From contig CAWGMA010000003.1 in assembly GCA_963823555.1 (NCBI GenBank), positions 128,001 to 192,000 on the forward strand: a DNA stretch of 64,000 bases. Direction: 5' to 3'. This stretch comes from Candidatus Eiseniibacteriota bacterium (lineage in GTDB: Bacteria; Eisenbacteria; RBG-16-71-46; CAVPCR01). Each line of letters opens with the position of its first letter. The stretch's first letter is position 1. Both the position numbers and the translations under genes were made by a program. The notes beneath the pieces are model-generated. The model was not told the DNA's origin. It did not search any database and was given only the letters and a program-made list of their open reading frames with translations. Shown here one piece after another: positions 57,146 to 64,000 of the stretch.

Positions 57146-58777
57146 CTAGCCGTCCCGCCCCGGTGACAACGGGCGCCCACGAGCGAGCTCGGCGCTCGCC
57201 CTGCGGAAGGCGGATTGATCGCGCTTTCTCGCCGCGGCGCTGCGCTTGCGGAGCGCGGCCAAGGGCAAACGCATTCGCGGGTTTGCGTCCAGCTCTGGCT
57301 CGTGGCGCGCCAGGAAGGCCCAGTAGAGGGGAGTGAGCGGGCAGTTCGCCCGGGGGTCGAAGGCGCAGGGCGGGCAAAGATCGCTCATGCGGTCGATGTA
57401 GGCCGCGCCCGAGACATAGGGCTTGGTGGTCATGAGATCGCCTGCGGCGTAGGTGCCCATCCCGAGCACGTTCGGTTCCACGACCCAGTCGTAGGCGTCC
57501 GTGAAGGCGACCCAGAACCAGTCGGTGAGAGCGCGGGGCGAGACGTCGAGCAACGTGGCGATGTTGGCGAGAACCATGAGCCGGGTGATGTGGTGGCTGT
57601 ACCCTTCGCGCCACACATCGCTGACCACCGTGTCGAGGCAGGCCAGGCCGGATCGGATCCGGCCCCAGTAGGCGGGCGGCAAGGGGCCGGCCGCGCCGAG
57701 GAAAGAGGGCTCGGCGCCGCCATCCTCGTGCTCCGCCGTGCGCACGCGCAGGCCCGCTCCCGGCAGGCGGCGAAAGCCATCGGTCGCTTCGTGCACGTGA
57801 CGCATGAACTCGCGCCAGCCGAGAACCTGCCGGATGAATCCTTCCTTGCTCGCTAGCGGGATGTCGAGTCGCGCGGCATCCCGCACCACGCGTGCCGGCA
57901 GCAGGCGATGCAGGTTCAGGAGCGAGGAGATGCGGGTATGGAAGAGCCCGCGCGAGCGCGCCGACATGGCGTCCTCGAACGGCCCGAAATGCGGGAGGCA
58001 TTCCGTCTGAGCCCAGCGCCACAGGTGCTCGGCATCGTCGCGGGTCGCCGGCAGCGCCTCGAGGTCGAGCTGACCGGGATGATCTCCGTAGCGCGCGGCG
58101 ATCAGATCGGCGACTTCGTCCTTGATGGGGTCGGACTGGAAGCGCGGTGCGGTCGGCGCCGGGGGATCGCCCTTCCAGGGCAAGCGGTTCTCGGTATCGA
58201 AGCTCCACTTGCCGCCGGCCGGCCGGCCCCTCGCCACGAGCGTCCCGGTCGCCCGGCGCGCCGCCCGATAGAAGCGGTCCAGGCGCCACGGCGGATCCCC
58301 GGCCAAGGCAGTGAACTGCTCCCGGGTCGTGAGCCAGCCCTCGTGCGGCAGCAGCTCGAGCTGACCGGCCACGGCCAGCCGGGCCAGATCGGCGCAGAGT
58401 TCGCGCTCTGCCGGGCGCATGACGCGGATCGGGCCCAGCTCGCGCGCGAGTGGCGCCAGCGCCTCCGCGTAGGAGTGAGGCGCGACGACATGCAGGACCG
58501 CAACACCCCGTGCCGCCTGCTCGAGCGCGAAGTGCCGCATGTTGGCGAGCACCAGCGCGAGCTTCTGCCGGTGATAGGGCCGGCGTGCCGCCTTGCCCGG
58601 ACACTCGACCATGATGACCCCGAGCTCGCGCGGATCCTCGCGCGCCAGGGGTCCGATCTCGTCCGACAGTTGATCGTAGGGGACGAAGATCCAGCGCCGT
58701 TTCCCGCGGTCGCGCGCGCTCTCGGCCAGCGCCGCGCGAAACGGACTCCGGGGTTTGCGGTTGTTTCGCTTCTTCAC
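57146..58777 (-). CDS. Fe-S bacterial cryptochrome/(6-4) photolyase (PhrB/CryB-like)
   Basis: YDQL, HRQKL..NMRHFA, WSFDTENR, FGPFEDAM, EGFIRQVLGWREF, HHITRLM, DAYDWV and KPYVSGAAYIDRMSD; four Cys (AC..., LCPPC, NCP). Confidence 0.92.
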   Translation of the reverse strand: MKKRNNRKPRSPFRAALAESARDRGKRRWIFVPYDQLSDEIGPLAREDPRELGVIMVECPGKAARRPYHRQKLALVLANMRHFALEQAARGVAVLHVVAPHSYAEALAPLARELGPIRVMRPAERELCADLARLAVAGQLELLPHEGWLTTREQFTALAGDPPWRLDRFYRAARRATGTLVARGRPAGGKWSFDTENRLPWKGDPPAPTAPRFQSDPIKDEVADLIAARYGDHPGQLDLEALPATRDDAEHLWRWAQTECLPHFGPFEDAMSARSRGLFHTRISSLLNLHRLLPARVVRDAARLDIPLASKEGFIRQVLGWREFMRHVHEATDGFRRLPGAGLRVRTAEHEDGGAEPSFLGAAGPLPPAYWGRIRSGLACLDTVVSDVWREGYSHHITRLMVLANIATLLDVSPRALTDWFWVAFTDAYDWVVEPNVLGMGTYAAGDLMTTKPYVSGAAYIDRMSDLCPPCAFDPRANCPLTPLYWAFLARHEPELDANPRMRLPLAALRKRSAAARKRDQSAFRRASAELARGRPLSPGRDG

Positions 58778-59131
58778 GGCCGGACCTCGTGGCGAATGGC
58801 GGTCATTCCATCGACCCCCTGCCGTTCTTGAGGCCGCTGGCGTTCGCCTGGATACCTGACCATATCATGATGGCGTTCCGACTACGCCTTCGAGTCCGGG
58901 GCGGCGCCCGGCCAATCCTGGCTCGACTTCGTCGGGATCGCGGTCGACACTCCGTAGTTGTTCATGGCGAGATGGAAAAGGGGGTGGTTCCACATGGAGG
59001 CGCCCTCTTTCAATTGAACGTGCTCCGTGCATCCCGGTGAACCCGCGTGTTATTCTCGAGGCGTTCAGTCCCGGACCGGGCCCAGCTTCCCGGTCGAACG
59101 CAATCCCGCCAGATCCCAGAGGAGGCTTCCC

Positions 59132-59638
59132 ATGCGGAACCTGTTATTGGCTCTTCTCTTCATTCTCGTGCTCCCGGTCTCGGCCCTGGCCCAGAAGGGA
59201 AGCGATTCTCACTGCGATCCGTGTCCCGATGTCGAATCGTCGCTGACGATCACCGGGGCCTACCAGACGATCGCCGGCTCCACGCTCGGTGCGAGCAATG
59301 GCGACTACTCCTACCAGTTCTGCGCCATCGCCAACGGTGGCTACACGTTCACCTTCTGCCAGCAGGGCGGGACCGCGAATTTCGACACCGGTCTCTCCAT
59401 CTGGCCGCTGAATGCCGGGGCCTGCGGTGGCCAGGTCGCCCTCGCCTGCAACGACGACACCTGCGGGCTCCTCTCCGAGCTCGCCTGGATCGCGCCCGCC
59501 GACGGCACCTATGTGCTGCGGGTCGGCGGCTTCGGCGGCTCGACCGGGGACTATGTTCTCGCCTATTCCGGGCGCGAGTGCGGCGCGACTCCGGTCGAGA
59601 ACTCGACCTGGGGCAGCATCAAGTCGATGTACGAGTAG
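59132..59638 (+). CDS. Small secreted Cys-rich PPC-like protein with C-terminal 'STWGSIKSMYE' tail
   Basis: GAGGAGG before ATG 59132; signal peptide; 'FDTGLSI..ACNDDTCGLLSEL..GTYVLRVGGF'. Confidence 0.8.
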   Translation: MRNLLLALLFILVLPVSALAQKGSDSHCDPCPDVESSLTITGAYQTIAGSTLGASNGDYSYQFCAIANGGYTFTFCQQGGTANFDTGLSIWPLNAGACGGQVALACNDDTCGLLSELAWIAPADGTYVLRVGGFGGSTGDYVLAYSGRECGATPVENSTWGSIKSMYE

Positions 59639-59672
59639 CCGGCCGATCGAGCGAATGCACGAGCGATGACAC

Positions 59673-59700
59673 GAGGGCGGCTCCCGGAGGAGCCGCCCTC
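59673..59700. terminator. Hairpin between convergent genes (probably a bidirectional terminator)
   Basis: Perfect 12-bp stem GAGGGCGGCTCC / CGGA / GGAGCCGCCCTC. Confidence 0.7.
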
Positions 59701-59727
59701 AATCTCTTCCGGCCTCGGAGCGCACGC

Positions 59728-60351
59728 CTACTTGCGGACGAGGCCCTGTGTCTTCAGGTCCTCGACCACGGCGCTGCTCACCTGCTTGACGACATCGGAG
59801 ACCGATTTCGGATCGAAGGTCTCGGACACCGCCGTCCACAGGAGCTTCTCGGTCGCCACATCGTAGAGATTGCTCTCGAGAACGACCGTCAATGCGGTCT
59901 GCTCCTGAGCGGGCTCGACCACGGTCTGGTAGGACTGGTAGTAGTAGTTGTAGTAGCCGTTATAGTAGGACTGCGGCACCGTGTAGCTCGCCGGATCGGT
60001 GTAGGTCGTCGTGGTATCGATGTTCTTGAGGCGGGTGACGATCACGGCCTCGACGCCTGCTTTCTTCACCTCGGCTTCGACCTCTTCGCGGGTGAAATCG
60101 CTCGTCGGCAGGACCTGGTACCCCAGCAACGCGCGCACCCCGTGTTCTTCCAGCCGCCCGGCGAGCTCGGTCTCGAAGAGCCGGCGGTTTTCCTCCGACC
60201 GACCTGCTGCGATCACCATCATGCTCGAGACCGGCTGGCCGGTGTAGCTGGGGTCGCGCCACCGTCCGACGAGCTCCGTGTTCGAGCCGCAGGCGACGGC
60301 AATGAGAACCGCCATGAGCGCTGGGAACGCAATCCTGATACGGGATGACAT
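59728..60351 (-). CDS. Hypothetical lipoprotein (DUF4136-like)
   Basis: GGAGG RBS; lipobox IAVA-C; 'W.DP', 'RRLFE', a Tyr-rich loop and 'LESNLYDVATEKLLWTA'. Confidence 0.72.
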   Translation of the reverse strand: MSSRIRIAFPALMAVLIAVACGSNTELVGRWRDPSYTGQPVSSMMVIAAGRSEENRRLFETELAGRLEEHGVRALLGYQVLPTSDFTREEVEAEVKKAGVEAVIVTRLKNIDTTTTYTDPASYTVPQSYYNGYYNYYYQSYQTVVEPAQEQTALTVVLESNLYDVATEKLLWTAVSETFDPKSVSDVVKQVSSAVVEDLKTQGLVRK

Positions 60352-60467
60352 GATACCTCCGCCACTTGGAAGCCACAGACCCAGGGCATGATATCACGCT
60401 CGTGCCGGCTGCGAGGCGCGGGGGTATCGAGTAGAATGAAATCCCCCCCCCGGCGGAGCCCGATCCC

Positions 60468-63400
60468 ATGACCCTCGACATCCTCGAGAGCTTCCATCCC
60501 GCCGTCGCGCGCTGGTTCGCAGGGGAGCTCGGTCCGCCGACCGAGCCGCAGGTTCGCGGCTGGCCTGCCATCCAGGCGCGGCGGAACACGCTCATCGCCG
60601 CGCCCACCGGTTCGGGGAAGACGCTGGCCGCGTTCCTGGCCGCCATTGACGCTCTTGTGCGGCAGGGAGTCGCGCGGGACGGCGTGCTCCCCGATGAGAC
60701 CCAGGTCGTCTACGTATCGCCGCTGAAGGCGCTCTCCAATGACATCCAGCGCAACCTCGAGGAGCCGCTCCTGGGCATCGGTCGTGAACTCGAGGCGCTC
60801 GGGCTCCCCGCCGCCGGCATCCGGACCTCGGTGCGCACCGGGGACACCCCGGCCGCGGCGCGCCAGGCCATGGTCGCGCGCCCGCCGCACCTCTTCGTCA
60901 CCACCCCGGAGTCGCTGTACATCCTGCTCACGAGCGAGCGCGGGCGGCGCATGCTCGCCACCGCGCACACCGTGATCGTCGACGAGATTCACGCCCTCGT
61001 GCGCGACAAGCGGGGCTCGCATCTGGCCCTGTCGCTCGAGCGGCTGGCTGCGCTCACGAGCGCGCATCGAGGCGGGGACCAGGGGCTCGTGCGCATCGGA
61101 CTCTCCGCGACCCAGCGTCCCATCGACGAGATCGCCCGCTTCCTGGTCGGCGCGGAGCACATCGCAGCCAACGGCGAGCCAGAGTGCACGATCATCGACG
61201 CCGGCCACCGGCGGACCCTCGATCTCGCGCTCGAGCTCCCGCGTTCGCCGCTCGAGGCCGTGATGTCCGCCGAGGTCTGGACCGAGGTCTACGATCGCCT
61301 CGCCGATCTCATCCGCGAGCACCGGACGACACTCGTCTTCGTCAACACCCGGCGGCTCGCCGAACGGTTGAGCCGGCATCTGAGCGAGCGTCTGGGCGAG
61401 GAGCATGTCACGTCCCATCACGGGAGCCTCGCGCGCGAGCAGCGCTTCCTGGCCGAGCAGCGACTCAAGGCCGGCGAGCTCAAGGCGCTCGTGGCCACCG
61501 CGTCGCTCGAGCTGGGCATCGACATCGGTGCCGTCGATCTGGTGTGCCAGATCGGCTCGACGCGCTCGATCGCCACGTTCCTGCAGCGAGTCGGCCGTTC
61601 CGGGCACCACCTGGCGGGGGTGCCGAAGGGGCGGCTGTTCCCGACCAGCCGCGACGAGCTCGTCGAGTGCGCGGCGCTGCTCGACTCGGTCGGCCGCGGC
61701 GAGCTCGACCGGATCATGATCCCCGAGGCGCCGCTCGACATCCTGGCCCAGCAGATCGTGGCCGCGGTGGCCGCCGAGGAGTGGAGCGAGGACGAGCTCT
61801 TCGACTCGTACGCCGCGCCCATCCGTTCCGCCGACTCGCGCGCGAGCGACTTCGATCAGGTGGTCGGGCATGCTCGCCGACGGCTTCACGACGCGGCGCG
61901 GCCGGCGCGGCGCCTATCTCCACCGCGATCAGGTGAACGGGCGCTTGCGGGCCCGGCGCGGGGCGCGGCTCGCCGCCATCACATCGGGCGGCGCCATCCC
62001 GGACACCGCCGACTACGAGGTCGTGCTCGAGCCCGCCGGGACTCTCGTCGGCACGGTGAACGAGGACTTCGCCATCGAGAGCATGGCGGGCGACATCTTC
62101 CAGCTCGGCAACGCCTCGTGGCGGATCCTGCGCATCGAGCCGGGTCGCGTTCGCGTCGAGGATGCGCGCGGCGAGCCGCCGACGATCCCGTTCTGGTTCG
62201 GCGAGGCGCCGGGCCGCACCGCGGAGCTGTCGTCGTCGGTGTCGCGCTTCCGCTCCGCGGTGGCGGAGCGTCTGCTGCAGGGGGGGCCCGCGGCGGCACG
62301 CGCGTGGCTCGAAGCGGAGATCGGAATCGCTCGCCCTGCCGCCGAGCAGATCGTCGATTACCTGGGCGCGGCGCGCGCGGCGCTCGGGGTCATGCCGACG
62401 CAGGAGACCATCGTGGTCGAACGCTTCTTCGACGAGAGCGGCGGCATGCAGCTCGTCGTGCACGCGCCCTTCGGCAGCCGTCTCAATCGCGCCTGGGGGC
62501 TGTCGTTGCGCAAGCGCTTCTGCCAGCGCTTCAACTTCGAGCTGCAGGCGGCGGCCACCGAGGACGCGATCGTGCTCTCGCTCGGCCCCACGCACAGCTT
62601 CCCGCTCGACGCGATCTTCGGGTTCCTCAGCTCGGCCACCGTGCGCGACGTGCTGGTGCAGGCGCTGCTGGCCGCACCCATGTTCGCCACCCGCTGGCGC
62701 TGGAACACGACCCGCGCCCTCGCGGTGCTGCGCTTCCGCGGCGGCCGCAAGGTGCCACCCCGCTTCCAGCGCATGGACGCCGACGATCTGCTCGCGCTCG
62801 TCTTTCCCGATCAGGTCGCGTGCCTCGAGAACCTGCGCCGGGCCCGCGCAGGTTCCCGAGCATCCGCTCGTTCTCGAGACCATTCGCGACTGCCTGGACG
62901 AGGCGATGGACATCGAGGCGCTGGAATCGCTGCTGACATCGATCGAGAGCGGCGAGCGGGAGCTCGTGGCCCGCGATCTGACCGAGCCCTCGCCGCTGGC
63001 ACAGGAGATCCTGAGCGCGCGTCCCTACGCGTTTCTCGACGACGCGCCGCTCGAGGAGCGGCGGACACAGGCGGTCTTGAGCCGGCGCTGGCTCGATCCG
63101 GAAACGGCATCCGATCTGGGCGCGCTCGATGCGAGCGCGATCGAACGCGTGCGCGCCGAGGCCTGGCCCCAGGTGGAGACCGCCGACGAGCTGCACGACG
63201 CGATGTGCCTGCTCGGCGGTCTGACCGCGGCCGAGATGGAAGCCGAGCCGCGCTGGCGCGAGCTTCTCGCCGGGCTGGTCACCGCTCGCCGCGCGACCCG
63301 GCTCGAGGTCCCAACCGGCCCTTCGCTGTGGGTGGCCGCCGAGCGCCTACCCGAGCTCGGCGCGCTCCATCCGGAGGCGCGGCTCGATCCGCCGATCACC

Positions 63401-64000
63401 GCCCCGGCCGCGCCGGCGGCGCGGGTGTGGACGCCGGACGAGGCGCTGGTCGAGATCGTGCGCGGGCGCCTCGAGAGCTCGGGGCCCGTCGTGGCCACGG
63501 CCCTCGCCCGCGCGCTCGCGGTCGCGCCGGGAGCGATCGCCGCGGCGCTCGCCGCTCTCGAGAGCGAGGGCTTCGCTCTTCGCGGCCGCTTCACGCCGGG
63601 GACGGCCGAGACCGAATGGTGCGAGCGCCGGCTTCTCGCCCGCATCCATCGCTACACGCTCCATCGCCTGCGAAGCGAGATCGAGCCGGTCTCGAGCGCC
63701 GACTTCATGCGCTTCCTCTGCTCGTGGCAACGGGTGACACCGTCCCGCCGCATGGCCGGTCCGGAGGCGCTCGCGCTCATCCTCGAGCAGCTCGCCGGCT
63801 TCGAGGCCCCGGCGGCGTCGTGGGAGAGCGAGATCCTGACGGCACGCCTTGGCGAGTACGATCCACTATGGCTCGACGGACTCTGCCTCTCCGGCCGTGT
63901 CGCCTGGCTCCGGCTCACGCCGCCGCGAGCGAACGGGAAACGACGCGGGCGCGTGGCGCCGGTGCGCTCCACTCCGATCGCCATCATTCCGCGCGAGCAT
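60468..64000 (+). CDS. lhr: Lhr-family DEAD/DEAH-box helicase; partial at the window edge and broken by about 4 single-base indels in this sequence
   Basis: [37 protein letters not shown] and QRVGRSGH. Conserved sequence continues in other frames ([44 protein letters not shown]). Confidence 0.92.

Noticed and set aside
61800..62850. Programmed ribosomal frameshifting in lhr
   Set aside because: Several indels of both signs and no slippery heptamer; the pattern fits sequence error.

Overview
High-GC (about 68-70% by eye) bacterial chromosomal window with about 50 genes and no recognisable rRNA, tRNA, CRISPR array or mobile element. Three secreted peptidases carry FlgD-Ig/T9SS-type C-terminal domains, and two secreted proteins end in a shared 'STWGxxKxxY' tail. 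This suggests an FCB-group lineage such as Eisenbacteria, Krumholzibacteria or Latescibacteria (inference only). Main blocks: (1) a LysR-divergent operon of rubrerythrin-like gene, hdrC, hdrB, large hdrA, mvhD, mvhG, mvhA and maturation protease, with a GltD/NfnB-like NAD(P)H module inserted in HdrA; (2) a sigma-54 regulator, TonB-dependent receptor, Cys-rich secreted protein and M12B metallopeptidase; (3) typA, an L,D-transpeptidase, a USP-vorCBA 2-oxoacid:ferredoxin oxidoreductase operon, aconitase and a FixL/FixJ-like pair; (4) a peptidase block at 39.8-51 kb; (5) an AttE/FG/H-like ABC module with a cyclophilin, an Fe-S photolyase and an Lhr helicase with several indels that look like sequencing errors. 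The most striking element is a three-gene minus-strand operon at 47109-50993: a lipoprotein that is a stand-alone copy of a subtilase propeptide, then a subtilase with a dockerin, a cohesin-like module and a T9SS-like CTD, then a single-cohesin lipoprotein. This is a candidate minimal cellulosome-like display and control system for a protease. All calls come from reading motifs by eye; no searches were run.
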